The notes beneath the pieces are model-generated. The model saw nothing but the letters and a program-made list of their open reading frames with translations, made no database searches and had not been told where the DNA came from. A stretch of DNA of 24,976 nt from NCBI GenBank assembly GCA_050293845.1, contig JBNKNM010000069.1, forward strand, positions 1 to 24,976. The letters are read 5' to 3'. Origin of the DNA: Pseudobacteriovorax sp. (GTDB lineage: Bacteria > Bdellovibrionota_B > Oligoflexia > Oligoflexales > Oligoflexaceae). The position numbers and the translations under genes were made by a program. Shown piece by piece: positions 9,502-19,680 of the stretch. Each line of letters starts with the position of its first letter. Position 1 is the first letter of the stretch.

Positions 9502-10430
9502 TTACTTTCCTCAGATTTGATTAATTTAAAGAATAGTGATTCAAGCTCAGCATCTTGTTTTTTCAGACTCAGCAGACGCCCTCCTTCCTCAATTACTGTT
9601 TTAGCGATTTCTGGCCGGATGTCTTCTTGACAACGACAAATAATAGATTCTCCTTGTATTTCAGAAATACGCGATACACTTTCTACAGCATTAAGGGACT
9701 GTAGCTTGTCAATGATGGCGTCAGATATCGACTCTAAGGCGAGACAAATTTCCATAGAACCTGAAAAGGTTGATTTTAGTTCTTGCTCCGAGCCTTCTGC
9801 CACAAGGTGTCCCTTGTCGATGACTAAAATCCGATCACAGGTTTTCGTAATCTCTGACAGTATATGGCTAGAAAGTAGCACCGTGTGTTCACGTTTAAGA
9901 GACAATATTAGGTCACGCATTTCAGCAATCTGAATCGGATCAAGGCCATTAATGGGTTCATCTAGAATTAAAACTTTTGGTTTATGAACAAGAGCCTGGG
10001 CTATGCCAACACGCTGGCGATAGCCGTGAGATAGCTCTTGAATAAGATTATCAGCAACTTCATCTAAGTTAGTTTTCTCCATCGCCTCACGGACACTTGC
10101 TGCGATATGTTCCTCAGCAACGCCTTTTAACTTACCGACAAATTTCAAGTAGGAGGTAACCTTCATCTCGTTGTACAAGGGGGGGGTATCTGGCAAATAG
10201 CCGATACTCTTTCGTACTTCATAAGCTTGATCAATAACGGAATAACCACCAACTTTTGCTTCGCCATTTGAGGGTAAAAGAAAGCAGCCTAAAATTTTTA
10301 GGATAGTGCTCTTACCAGCACCATTTAGGCCTAATAATCCTATGATCTCACCTTCTGCTATTGAGAAGTCGAGATTATTTACGGCCTTTTTCTGACCGTA
10401 AAATTTACTCATACCATGGACTTCAATCAT
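9498..10430 (-). CDS. ABC-2 type transporter ATP-binding protein (GldA-like)
   Basis: Walker A GLNGAGKS; signature LSHGYRQRVGIAQAL; Walker B LILDEP; H-loop LSSHILSE. Confidence 0.95.
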   Translation of the reverse strand: MIEVHGMSKFYGQKKAVNNLDFSIAEGEIIGLLGLNGAGKSTILKILGCFLLPSNGEAKVGGYSVIDQAYEVRKSIGYLPDTPPLYNEMKVTSYLKFVGKLKGVAEEHIAASVREAMEKTNLDEVADNLIQELSHGYRQRVGIAQALVHKPKVLILDEPINGLDPIQIAEMRDLILSLKREHTVLLSSHILSEITKTCDRILVIDKGHLVAEGSEQELKSTFSGSMEICLALESISDAIIDKLQSLNAVESVSRISEIQGESIICRCQEDIRPEIAKTVIEEGGRLLSLKKQDAELESLFFKLIKSEESK

Positions 10431-10819
10431 CTGCTCATTCCTTGAAGTTTCGTGTTAGCATAGCTTCTATAAATACCAGACCGATCCCACAAATCAAGAC
10501 TGTAAAGTTTTACCTGACTTTTTGGGAACGACTTGATCCCACACTAGATTAAAGCACTATTTTAACGCGAAAGCTATGAAGAGAAAATAGCCTTTCATTC
10601 ATTTACCAGACAACTTGTGAACCTTACCCTCATAGGACTGCAGGGTCGGACAGCTTAATGGCAATAATGCAGCTACAAGAACTAGAAGATTATGGTATAG
10701 CCATACCGTCGATTATCGACTCTAAAAATTTGCAAAAATCAAATATGACTACATAAAAACACTAGGTCCTGGCTTTATTATCGAAACTAGCATCATGTGA
10801 TACCCGCTACTTCGTTCGA

Positions 10820-11632
10820 CTAGTCATCTTTACCAAGTAATTTAGACCTTTCTGTTGCTTTCTCTACCGCACTGACAAACATGGACCTCAAGCCCCGTTC
10901 CTCCAATTCATGAAGGGCTGAAATGGTTGTGCCTGCCGGTGTTGTCACCTGATCTTTTAAAATTGCCGGATGGGTCTGGGTTTTTTTTACGAGTGATGCA
11001 GCCCCCAAAACTGTCTGGGTTGCCAGGTTATGGGAGAGTTCCCGAGGTAAGCCCATCTTAACACCACCATCGGTCAAAGCTTCGATGACCATATAAATAT
11101 AGGCAGGACCGCTACCAGAAAGCCCTGTAACCGTGTCCATCAGGCTCTCTTTAGTCCAGTAAGCTTCCCCCACAGCCTTAAAAATTTGCTCTGCTAACTG
11201 CATGCAACTAGAGCTACAATGCTCATTGCAACACATAGCTGTCGCAGCCTCCCCGATAGTTGCCGCTATATTAGGCATAGAGCGAACCAGTGCCCCCTCA
11301 AAATCTAAACCTTTAGCCAGAGTCTTTAATTTGACACCAGCCAATATTGAAATAACCAGGCTAGCAGGATCGAGCCGAATCTTCAGCTGAACCGCCAGCA
11401 AGGGAAAGTCATGGGGCTTAATGCAGAGTACATAGGCATCAATGGATGCCGGTAGCATCTGCATATCGTCTATGATCTTAGTTTGGCTACTATCGATAAA
11501 GAGTTTTCTACGATCGGGGTGGGTATCATAGGCATATATCTGATATTCTTGGCAACTTTCAGAATTTTGCAAACCTCTTAATAAGCTGGCCCCCATATTA
11601 CCTAAACCGATAACCGCAATTTTTTTCCCCAT
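10820..11632 (-). CDS. proC: Pyrroline-5-carboxylate reductase
   Basis: IGLGNMG Rossmann motif; CIKP; ISILAGV; VRSMPN; TGLSGSGPAY; VTTPAGTT. Confidence 0.97.
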   Translation of the reverse strand: MGKKIAVIGLGNMGASLLRGLQNSESCQEYQIYAYDTHPDRRKLFIDSSQTKIIDDMQMLPASIDAYVLCIKPHDFPLLAVQLKIRLDPASLVISILAGVKLKTLAKGLDFEGALVRSMPNIAATIGEAATAMCCNEHCSSSCMQLAEQIFKAVGEAYWTKESLMDTVTGLSGSGPAYIYMVIEALTDGGVKMGLPRELSHNLATQTVLGAASLVKKTQTHPAILKDQVTTPAGTTISALHELEERGLRSMFVSAVEKATERSKLLGKDD

Positions 11633-11714
11633 AATATCCCCTGACTATTGCTTCTTAGAAATTCTAGTTCACATGTTGTATTATTCTAATATTACCAATT
11701 GAGGAGATTAGAAA

Positions 11715-12446
11715 GTGAATATTCCGTATGTTCTAAAACGACGCCTAATCTCAGTCTACTTATTTGCTGTATTTTGTAGCCTTATCGCACCTTCCCACCT
11801 GTATGGAGTCAGTACAACTGACAAAAAAAATAGCCCCTTAGCATCGCCCCCTGGGGCATCTGTGTATACCGCACCAGATCGTAACTCGCGTATTTCTGCT
11901 ACAGCAATCGGGAATTATGTGGGGTCTGGTTTAGCTTTAAACTACGAGAAAATTTTTACCAGCTACTTTCATTTAACCACTTCATTGGCCTATACGCAGG
12001 CTCTACTCAAAGGTAAGGTATCAGCCAATGTGGAAGAAAGTATTACCTCTAATATGACAAGAGCAGCTTTAGGTTTGCGCTTCTTTCTTAAAAAGCGTTT
12101 TTATTTTGGTACTAGTATCAACGTTTCCCTAATGAACGGAGATTATAGTTATAAAGAAACTATTGAGAATGGAGCTAATATCGACATCCCATTCCAAACT
12201 CAATTGATTCACGGGGATATTTACTTTGGTAATGAATGGCTACTAAAACACCATATTCATATAGGGATTGACTGGATCGGATTTGGCTTTCCTTTTGTCA
12301 TGAAAATCAATGACAAAGCAAGTGCTGAAGATAACCAAGCTCTTGAATTTTTAACCCAAAAAACTGTTCATGGTCGTCTAGAAGCTGAAATTATTGAGCA
12401 GATTAAGTTATTTTATTTCGCCATTCACGTTGGCTATCGTTTTTAG
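11715..12446 (+). CDS. Hypothetical outer-membrane beta-barrel protein
   Basis: Signal-peptide-like N-terminus, alternating aromatic/hydrophobic strands and a C-terminal beta-signal (IHVGYRF). GAGGAG RBS precedes the GTG start. Confidence 0.65.
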   Translation: MNIPYVLKRRLISVYLFAVFCSLIAPSHLYGVSTTDKKNSPLASPPGASVYTAPDRNSRISATAIGNYVGSGLALNYEKIFTSYFHLTTSLAYTQALLKGKVSANVEESITSNMTRAALGLRFFLKKRFYFGTSINVSLMNGDYSYKETIENGANIDIPFQTQLIHGDIYFGNEWLLKHHIHIGIDWIGFGFPFVMKINDKASAEDNQALEFLTQKTVHGRLEAEIIEQIKLFYFAIHVGYRF

Positions 12447-14792
12447 CTATTTATGGGTGAAGGTATAGACACCATCCCAATGTTCTCCCGGTGCATGCTC
12501 CAGATACTCCATAGTTCTCGTAATATACATACCGGCAGCTTTATCATCAGGCTTCATTTTTAAACACTCCATAAAAGACAGTTTTGCCTGATGCCAATCC
12601 TGTTGTTTGTAATAACGACGTCCGGCTTCAAAGTGCCCAATAAATTCTTGTATCTGAGAAATAGATCCTAAAAAGTCGGGGCGCATCAAATCAAATACAT
12701 TTACCGGTTCATTCTTGCCCTTAACCCGAATATCATCCAAGTCCCTTGTAAGAAATTTTCCTGGTGTCAATTTTGCCTTTGTAAACTCACTGATCATAAT
12801 TTTTATCCCATACTCCTTGGTCAAACCCTCTAAGCGTGAGCCCAAGTTGACAGCATCTCCCATAACAGTATAGGTAAACCTTTCCCCTGATCCCATATTA
12901 CCTACTGACATCGGGCCTGTATTAAGACCAATACCTATGTCGACAGTGGGGAAGCCCTTTTTGGGAAATTCTTCGCGCAATCTATCCAATTCATAGAGCA
13001 TGGCAATGGCTGCATGACAACCCACATCTGCAGAATTTTCCAATTCCAGAGGCGCTCCCCAAAATGCCATAATTGCATCGCCGATATATTTATCAAGTAC
13101 TCCCTTACTACGCAGCACTATACTGGTCATGGGCGTAAAGTACTCGTTCATGAGCTCGCATAATTTTTCAGGTGTCAAACTTTCGGAAATAGTGGTAAAG
13201 CTACGCACATCTGAAAAAAATACTGTTAATTCCTTTTTTTCACCACCTAGCGACAAAGAATCTGGATTTTCCAGCACTTGGTTGATGACCTCGGGACTAA
13301 GGTAGTGCTGAAAGGCTCCCTTTACCTTTCTTTTTTCCCTTTCCTCGGTCATATATTTGTAGAGTGTCGTTGTAATATACATCAGAGCGATTTCTAAAGT
13401 GGGGATCGCCATATATGTCCAGATACCATTGGCGAACCAAATATACTTATCAATATAATAGTAACCAACAAGAAAACCGACCATTCCCAAGCCAGAGATC
13501 AGGGCATTCCCCCAAATCAATAATGGTGCAAACAGTACCCCTACTCCAAACACAATCAGTATTTCGGTAGGGTAAATCGATTGCGGTCGTTGAATAAAAT
13601 CACCTTTTATGATGTTATCAATAACCGCGGCATGGTTTTCAACGCCATCGATAGAAGGGTCAAATGGATTGGGTCGCATGTCATTAATTCCAGTAGCTGT
13701 GGCCCCCAGAAGTAGCAAGCTATTTTTTAGTTCCGCTCTTTGCTCCGGTGTAAAGGAATCGTTGTAGGCATCAGCTAAACTAAAATGTTTAAATGTTTGT
13801 GAAGGTCCGCGGTGATTGACTAGAATACGTCCGGCCCCTATGGGATCAATAGGAACTTCTATGGCGTCACTCTCATCATCACGATTTACCAGCACAATGG
13901 TTTCAATTCCAAGCTCATCGAAAAATACAAAAATTTCACGATTCAGGTACTCAGCTACTGTTTTAAGCGCTAGAGAAGGCATCAGAGAACCGTTGATATT
14001 TGCTACCAGTGTCACCCAACGATTTATGGCATCGTCATCAGCATTGTTTGAAAAAAAAGCAAAATGTTCGGATGCTGAGGAAATAAACGGCGTATTTGTC
14101 ACTATACCATAAGCCTTGGGGATAATATGTTTATACTGTGGAGAATTGAGGTCAAAACCCTCAGGAAAATCAGCCCCAATTTCAGAACTTAGCATGGTTT
14201 CCAAGCCCTTATACCGATATGAGTCACCTAGATTTAGTTGCGCCTCCCGCTCCATATGGAATGAAAAATAACCTAAGACGATGTTTTCAAAGTGCTTGAT
14301 ACTTGAGACGAAAATTTTGTCAGCTTGGCTTTCACGCAACAGTTGTTTTACGCGCCTTCGTTCCGCAAGAGTCCATCGTGCTCCGCGATTCGCTTTCTCA
14401 ATCTCTTTTTCTATATCATGTAAATATGACATTTCAGGCTCTGAATAAATGGAGTCAAAGCCGATCCACTGAACCCCCAATCTTTTTAAATTTTTAAAGG
14501 CCTTTGCATAATACCTTCGTGATATAGGCCACCTTCCAAATTGTGCAAGGGAACGTTCGTCAATGGCCAAGATACCAACCTTCTTTGAAGTTTCTTGCAT
14601 TCCTCGCAAATTGAGCTTTAGGTCAAGCAACTTACTTTCAATCTTATAAACAGCATCATTCTGCAACTCAAAATCAAATCTTTTATAATGACGAAACAGA
14701 GCCCCATAGGCCAACCCGACAATCATTATACAGATGATGACAACGGCAAAATGCTTTCTGAAGCTTTGGGACATTTTTTTAATTGTTTTCAT
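12447..14792 (-). CDS. CHASE2-domain class III adenylate cyclase with TPR-like C-terminus
   Basis: CHASE2 motifs AIDERSL..FGRWP.SR, LLGATA.G..D....PF and GVE.HA..IDNI; three TM helices; cyclase motifs FSDVRSFT, DKYIGDAIMA and YTVMGDAVNLGSRLEG. The Lys/Thr specificity pair indicates ATP (class IIIb). Confidence 0.93.
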   Translation of the reverse strand: MKTIKKMSQSFRKHFAVVIICIMIVGLAYGALFRHYKRFDFELQNDAVYKIESKLLDLKLNLRGMQETSKKVGILAIDERSLAQFGRWPISRRYYAKAFKNLKRLGVQWIGFDSIYSEPEMSYLHDIEKEIEKANRGARWTLAERRRVKQLLRESQADKIFVSSIKHFENIVLGYFSFHMEREAQLNLGDSYRYKGLETMLSSEIGADFPEGFDLNSPQYKHIIPKAYGIVTNTPFISSASEHFAFFSNNADDDAINRWVTLVANINGSLMPSLALKTVAEYLNREIFVFFDELGIETIVLVNRDDESDAIEVPIDPIGAGRILVNHRGPSQTFKHFSLADAYNDSFTPEQRAELKNSLLLLGATATGINDMRPNPFDPSIDGVENHAAVIDNIIKGDFIQRPQSIYPTEILIVFGVGVLFAPLLIWGNALISGLGMVGFLVGYYYIDKYIWFANGIWTYMAIPTLEIALMYITTTLYKYMTEEREKRKVKGAFQHYLSPEVINQVLENPDSLSLGGEKKELTVFFSDVRSFTTISESLTPEKLCELMNEYFTPMTSIVLRSKGVLDKYIGDAIMAFWGAPLELENSADVGCHAAIAMLYELDRLREEFPKKGFPTVDIGIGLNTGPMSVGNMGSGERFTYTVMGDAVNLGSRLEGLTKEYGIKIMISEFTKAKLTPGKFLTRDLDDIRVKGKNEPVNVFDLMRPDFLGSISQIQEFIGHFEAGRRYYKQQDWHQAKLSFMECLKMKPDDKAAGMYITRTMEYLEHAPGEHWDGVYTFTHK

Positions 14793-14884
14793 AAGAAAGC
14801 TCCCTTTCCAGAAAGGTTCGGTTGAATCAAGGTAAAGCTGAGGTTAAAATAAAGTGATTGTAAATTTAGGAATGGGATTATCAG

Positions 14885-15304
14885 TTGGAAAAAAAACAAT
14901 TCATACCAGAACCTATATTGAATCCACCGCATCACAAATATCTTAAAGAATACTGTTTCGATCAGGAAATTTCACTGCAGGACGCCATGACGATGATTGA
15001 ATCAGGTAAGATTGTAGGCCGGGTGATCGATGGAGAGATAGTGATTCTCGACTCCCCCCAATTAGAGTTTCCAGCCTTGGAACCACGGCGAAGCCATCAG
15101 CTGGAGCGGCTAGAACAACTCATTCACCACGCAGCTCAAAAGCTTGATGAGTGGGATAAGAAGCTTACTTTCGCTACTAGTACGATTCCCCCAAAAGATG
15201 CTGAAATTGCTGAAAAAGATCGCTTAATCCAAAAACTCAGGCATGATTTGGAAGACCTCACTACTCTCAACAATACCTTGAGCCATCATATTTCCAATGG
15301 GTAA
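14885..15304 (+). CDS. Hypothetical protein: putative HTH-like N-terminus plus C-terminal coiled coil
   Basis: LKEYC....IS......MIESGKI.GR..DG.IVI resembles MerR/excisionase-like winged HTH patterns; heptad-rich C-terminus. The TTG start is uncertain. Confidence 0.5.
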   Translation: MEKKQFIPEPILNPPHHKYLKEYCFDQEISLQDAMTMIESGKIVGRVIDGEIVILDSPQLEFPALEPRRSHQLERLEQLIHHAAQKLDEWDKKLTFATSTIPPKDAEIAEKDRLIQKLRHDLEDLTTLNNTLSHHISNG

Positions 15305-15312
15305 ATATTACC

Positions 15313-15339
15313 TTTAGCTTGTCATGCTCTCTCCGATAC
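15313..15339 (+). promoter_or_regulatory. Possible sigma28 (FliA)-like promoter
   Basis: TTTAGCTT-N11-TCCGATAC compared with the consensus TAAAGTTT-N11-GCCGATAA; about 30 nt upstream of the ATG at 15371. Confidence 0.35.
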
Positions 15340-15370
15340 TTATAGCAAGCCGGGATCAAGAGAGGATGCC

Positions 15371-16579
15371 ATGAAACATATCTTACTACTGACAATAATT
15401 CTCAATGGTTCACAGCTACTGGCCCAAGAGGTTCCCGAATCTTTCATTCCAATTCGCTCAAATGGGATGGGGGGGGCTTTCACTGCTATTTCAAACGACG
15501 AAAATTCTGTCTGGACAAATCCGGCCGGGATTTCCCGCATTAGAAAAGCGCGCTCGCGCTCTACGGTTCACATTGTCAAATTGCCCAATATTGCCGTTGG
15601 CGCTAATACTAGTAGCCAGGAGTTTATTTCTGGTATATCTGAGCAAGGTAATCAATCAAATGCTGAAAGCGTATCGGGACAAGCCAATGACTTAAGCAAC
15701 AAACCCCTCTGGTCTTCTCTTTCTATGTTCCCTATGATGATGATCGATGTGGGCAGCGTACCAGCAGCCATTGGAGGCTACTCCCACACCACGCTTAAAG
15801 CTGTGATCGACTCTAACAATTCTGATCAGGCACGTGTCGAGGCTGTTTCCGATGTTGGGGGATTATGGGGAATGAGCTTTACTACTCGCTCAAATCGAGT
15901 CAATTTTGGCCTCAATCTTAGATATGTTGCCAGATATGCCTATGAAGAAAACTTAACACTAGCAGATTTACAAAACCCAACAACTTTGCAGACCCGTATC
16001 AAAACTAACTCAAATAAATCAACAGCCAGCGCTATCGATTTGGGATTTATGTGGACCTTCGCCGATTTTTGGTTTCCGACTATAGGAGTTGCCGTGTTCA
16101 ATGCCCCCATAGGGTGTAAGAAAAACTATTTAAATCCATTTTCACAAACCAGAGAAACCGTTTGCGGGACAGTTTTTTCAGGAGATATTGCCAATCCTGA
16201 TGCCTTATCAACTGTCGACCCCACCAATATTCGGATAGGGCTATCAATAACGCCCCGTTTGTCGAGGAAATTTGGTGCAAGAATTGCTGTGGACTTCCAC
16301 CACCTGCACTTTTCCAGTGGATCTCAAAATTATGGTCTGAAGGATATCCCTACTCGCAAAAAATTGCATGCGGGGATAGAGTTTTTTACCGGAAATCCCT
16401 TGACTCCTTCCCCATTTACCGTTTCCTTTGGATATAACCAAGGGTTTTATAGTATGGGGGCCTCCCTGAGACTGTCCTTTTTGTCTTTAGATTTTGCAAC
16501 CTTTGGTCGAGATCTATCGGCAGACGAATCTCCTGACGAAGACCGCCGCGTCATGGCTGGACTTTCTTTCGACATTTAA
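15371..16579 (+). CDS. Outer-membrane beta-barrel of the TraF_2/PorV/FadL-like group
   Basis: Signal peptide followed by RSNGMGGAFTAISNDENSVWTNPAG (the GMGGA...NPAG plug motif); beta-strand patterns IDLGF and HAGIEF; GYNQGFYSMGASL; C-terminal GLSFDI. Confidence 0.75.
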   Translation: MKHILLLTIILNGSQLLAQEVPESFIPIRSNGMGGAFTAISNDENSVWTNPAGISRIRKARSRSTVHIVKLPNIAVGANTSSQEFISGISEQGNQSNAESVSGQANDLSNKPLWSSLSMFPMMMIDVGSVPAAIGGYSHTTLKAVIDSNNSDQARVEAVSDVGGLWGMSFTTRSNRVNFGLNLRYVARYAYEENLTLADLQNPTTLQTRIKTNSNKSTASAIDLGFMWTFADFWFPTIGVAVFNAPIGCKKNYLNPFSQTRETVCGTVFSGDIANPDALSTVDPTNIRIGLSITPRLSRKFGARIAVDFHHLHFSSGSQNYGLKDIPTRKKLHAGIEFFTGNPLTPSPFTVSFGYNQGFYSMGASLRLSFLSLDFATFGRDLSADESPDEDRRVMAGLSFDI

Positions 16580-16673
16580 TCTATACATTAATTTGGTGAG
16601 TCCTGATTCTAGCTATCGTATTATTTAGATGATATGATCCGTCTGCTGATTGACCTAATTACGGAGTGCCAAA

Positions 16674-17720
16674 GTGACTAAATCAATAAGACTAGCCCAG
16701 ATCTTACTACCAGCACTATCCTTAGTACTGGTCGGCTGCGTTAGCAGAGGAGCCCTACCACCGCAACGATCCGTGGAGCGGACCCCTACGCATGCTCCGA
16801 AAAAATCCATCTTACCAAAACCTGGGGAGAAAGTGAGCACTCAGCAGAGTAGCGGCAAAGTAAATCAAACAGAACTTTTGCATCGACTGCTCGTCTATAA
16901 TCCACAGTTAGAGGAAGAGGAAACCTTAGATTGGCTACAACTACTTAAAAAAGAAGAAAAAAATTCTTTAGAGAAGGCCGTAGTTTACCTCGGCGTCATC
17001 AGTAAGGTTTCCATACCTGAGCAAAATTCTATGAACTTAGAGCAGCAGCTCCATACTATAAATTTAGATATTACAGCTCTGCTCCAGCACAACCCATATC
17101 TGCAACCCATTTCTGTTGCTGACCGTACCATCAATTACCTTAAAGAAACCGACGATAGTCCCGAGTTCAAGCGTCAAGTACTACAGGTATTTGAGGCCAA
17201 AGCACAGTCCTGGACGCAACTTTGGAAAACGGTTATCAACAGCGGCGATACCTTACCGCAAATACAGCAGCAACCTGAAAGCATAGCAGAAGTGGAGCCA
17301 TTGACATTAAAAATCACCCATGTTCCTCCTGAGTCCTACCATGCAGCAGACCTATTGCTCGGGGATTCTATTTTGCTTAAAGCCAAAAAACTCGCAGAAA
17401 AAGGTAGCTATAAATTAGCCATCAGACAGGCGAACATGGTTCCTCAGGCAGATCCATTTTTCCCCGAAGCTCAAGAAAAAATAAAATACTTTAGTAATCT
17501 AGCAGTTCAGGATTTACGGCAAAAAGCAGCCAAAGCCTTCCAATCCTCCCTACCAGTCCATGACTTCAAAACAAAAACGGCATACTTGGAGGCAGCCAAA
17601 AAATATCTGGAAGAAGCGTTGACCGACTATCCGGCCGCCGATCACCTTAAAACTGTTCAGGAAAATCTAGCGGTCATCACTCGCGATTTAACTAACATCA
17701 AAGATCAGAACCAGTATTAA
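16674..17720 (+). CDS. Hypothetical lipoprotein with helical/TPR-like C-terminal region
   Basis: Lipobox LVGC after a hydrophobic stretch; Pro/Lys-rich linker; helical repeats AKKLAEKGSYKLAI and AKKYLEEALTDYP. Confidence 0.65.
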   Translation: MTKSIRLAQILLPALSLVLVGCVSRGALPPQRSVERTPTHAPKKSILPKPGEKVSTQQSSGKVNQTELLHRLLVYNPQLEEEETLDWLQLLKKEEKNSLEKAVVYLGVISKVSIPEQNSMNLEQQLHTINLDITALLQHNPYLQPISVADRTINYLKETDDSPEFKRQVLQVFEAKAQSWTQLWKTVINSGDTLPQIQQQPESIAEVEPLTLKITHVPPESYHAADLLLGDSILLKAKKLAEKGSYKLAIRQANMVPQADPFFPEAQEKIKYFSNLAVQDLRQKAAKAFQSSLPVHDFKTKTAYLEAAKKYLEEALTDYPAADHLKTVQENLAVITRDLTNIKDQNQY

Positions 17721-17721
17721 A

Positions 17722-19680
17722 ATGATCCAATTAGACTCTCTTTATAAACGCTTTCAGCATAAAATCATTTTAGATGAGGTTTGTTTCCAGATCCCCTTGG
17801 GAAAAAGAATCTGCCTTGTGGGCCCTAATGGTGCCGGGAAAACAACTCTACTGAATATCCTCTGTGGACTTGAAGAGCCCGATGCTGGACAGGTCATACA
17901 AGCAAATGCCTATCGCATAGGATACCTTCCCCAGGTACCCAATCCAGAACCGCAAGCTTCCATCTTACAAGAGGCCCAGGCAGGTGCTCAGAAACTTTTT
18001 CGCCTTAAACAGCAAATCAGACAACTTGTAGAGCAATTAGCAACGCACTATAGCGATGACCTTGTAGCCAAACATGACGAGTTGGAATCCACATACCGTC
18101 ACCACGACGGTTATTCCCTGGAGGCAAAAGCACGATCCATCCTCTATGGTCTCGGCTTCTCACCCACCTCATTTGAAAACTCTCCCATGCAGTTATCGGG
18201 TGGCTGGCGTATGCGGCTCGAACTGGCAAAAATCTTTATCGACGATCCTGACTTCCTTATTCTCGATGAACCTACTAACCACTTGGACTTACCTAGTCTG
18301 ATTTGGGTGGAAAACTATTTAAAAAACTTCAAAGGGACTCTGCTATTTGTCAGCCATGATCGCAACCTACTTAACCGACTCTCCAACCATACTCTCCTGC
18401 TAAAGCAGGGCCAACTGGAGAGCTTTCCCTATCCCTTTGAAGTCGCTTTAGAAAAACGTGAGGAACGCTTAGAGCTAGAAGCTTCCCAAAAGCAAAACCT
18501 CATAAAGAAGCGAAAAAAAATGGAAGAATTTGTCGAACGCTTTGGAGCTAAAGCCACCAAGGCGCGACAAGCCCAATCGCGGCTCAAAATGATTGACAAA
18601 CTCAAGGACCTTGAAGAAAGCTTTGCAAGCGACGATAGCCAAGAAACCATTAGCTTTCGCCTCCCGCCTCCCCTTAAGAGCGGACTGGAAATTCTTTCCC
18701 TGGAAAATTTGTCCCTGGGATACCAGCAGCCTTTGATCTCCAATCTTAGCTTAACCATAGAGCGCGGTCAGAAAATTGCCATTATAGGAGCCAATGGCAT
18801 CGGAAAATCAACCTTTCTCAAAACCATAATGGCAAAGATACCCTGCCTCGAGGGCGATATCAAATTTGGCTATCAGGTTAAAGCGCTTTATTGCTCGCAG
18901 GACCCTGAAGACACCTTAGACTTTGGCAAAACCTGTCTGGAAAACGTCTTTGCAGCAAACCACAATATAGGAGAGTTACAGGCACGCTCCCTACTTGGAT
19001 CATTCCTCATACGTGGTGACGATGTTAAAAAACCGATCAATGTGCTATCTGGTGGTGAAAAAAGTCGGGTAGCCCTGGCAAAAATCTTGGTTCAAGAAGG
19101 AAACTTTCTTATACTAGATGAGCCCACCAACCATTTGGACATGAGTTCAGTTGAAGCTTTGATCAATAATATCGTTGGCTATGAGGGAACCATGCTGTTT
19201 GTGAGCCATGATCGTAACTTCATCGATGCTGTCAGCACTCATATACTGGTAATGCTAGCGGATGGACGCTCCATGTTATTTGAGGGTAAACTGGATGACT
19301 ACCAGAGGATGGCTGTCGTTAATGGTTTTCCTGATGTCTTAGATCCTCAGTATCTGACCCTTAAGCAAGACGAGACTAACGGGAGCCCTCTTAAGGATAC
19401 AAAAGCAAAGATTTCCCATAGAGGTTCCAAGGAGCTTAAACGTAAAATCCAAGGAATGGAACGCAAATTAAAGAAATTGGAAGAAGAGCAGGAGCGGTTA
19501 CGCCAACAAAAAGAAGATACCGAGCACCAAATCGTAACAGTAGCACCTACTGATTTCGTACAGCTAAATGATTTGCAAAAACAAATGCAAAGTATCGATT
19601 TAGATATCGAGAAAAGCGAAGAGACTTGGCTGCTGTTATCAGACGAGCTTGAGGACCTACTCAAAGGAGACCATCAATAA
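17722..19680 (+). CDS. ABC-F family ribosome-associated ATPase (YheS/Uup-like)
   Basis: Two NBDs (GPNGAGKT...LSGGWRMR...LDEPTNHLD and GANGIGKS...LSGGEKSR...LDEPTNHLD); linker FVERFGAKATKARQAQSR; C-terminal coiled coil; no TM segments. Confidence 0.95.
   Translation: MIQLDSLYKRFQHKIILDEVCFQIPLGKRICLVGPNGAGKTTLLNILCGLEEPDAGQVIQANAYRIGYLPQVPNPEPQASILQEAQAGAQKLFRLKQQIRQLVEQLATHYSDDLVAKHDELESTYRHHDGYSLEAKARSILYGLGFSPTSFENSPMQLSGGWRMRLELAKIFIDDPDFLILDEPTNHLDLPSLIWVENYLKNFKGTLLFVSHDRNLLNRLSNHTLLLKQGQLESFPYPFEVALEKREERLELEASQKQNLIKKRKKMEEFVERFGAKATKARQAQSRLKMIDKLKDLEESFASDDSQETISFRLPPPLKSGLEILSLENLSLGYQQPLISNLSLTIERGQKIAIIGANGIGKSTFLKTIMAKIPCLEGDIKFGYQVKALYCSQDPEDTLDFGKTCLENVFAANHNIGELQARSLLGSFLIRGDDVKKPINVLSGGEKSRVALAKILVQEGNFLILDEPTNHLDMSSVEALINNIVGYEGTMLFVSHDRNFIDAVSTHILVMLADGRSMLFEGKLDDYQRMAVVNGFPDVLDPQYLTLKQDETNGSPLKDTKAKISHRGSKELKRKIQGMERKLKKLEEEQERLRQQKEDTEHQIVTVAPTDFVQLNDLQKQMQSIDLDIEKSEETWLLLSDELEDLLKGDHQ

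Noticed and set aside
12444..12449. Zero-gap tail-to-tail stop codons (TAG/CTA) of the barrel and cyclase genes
   Set aside because: Abutting convergent stops are common in compact genomes; nothing further supports a function.
15371..16579. Conjugative element implied by a TraF-like protein
   Set aside because: No other tra/T4SS, relaxase or integrase genes are present; this barrel family is common on chromosomes.
17722..19680. Antibiotic-resistance ABC-F
   Set aside because: Linker and C-terminal coiled coil resemble housekeeping YheS/Uup-type proteins, and there is no leader-peptide attenuator (the gene starts 1 bp after the previous stop).
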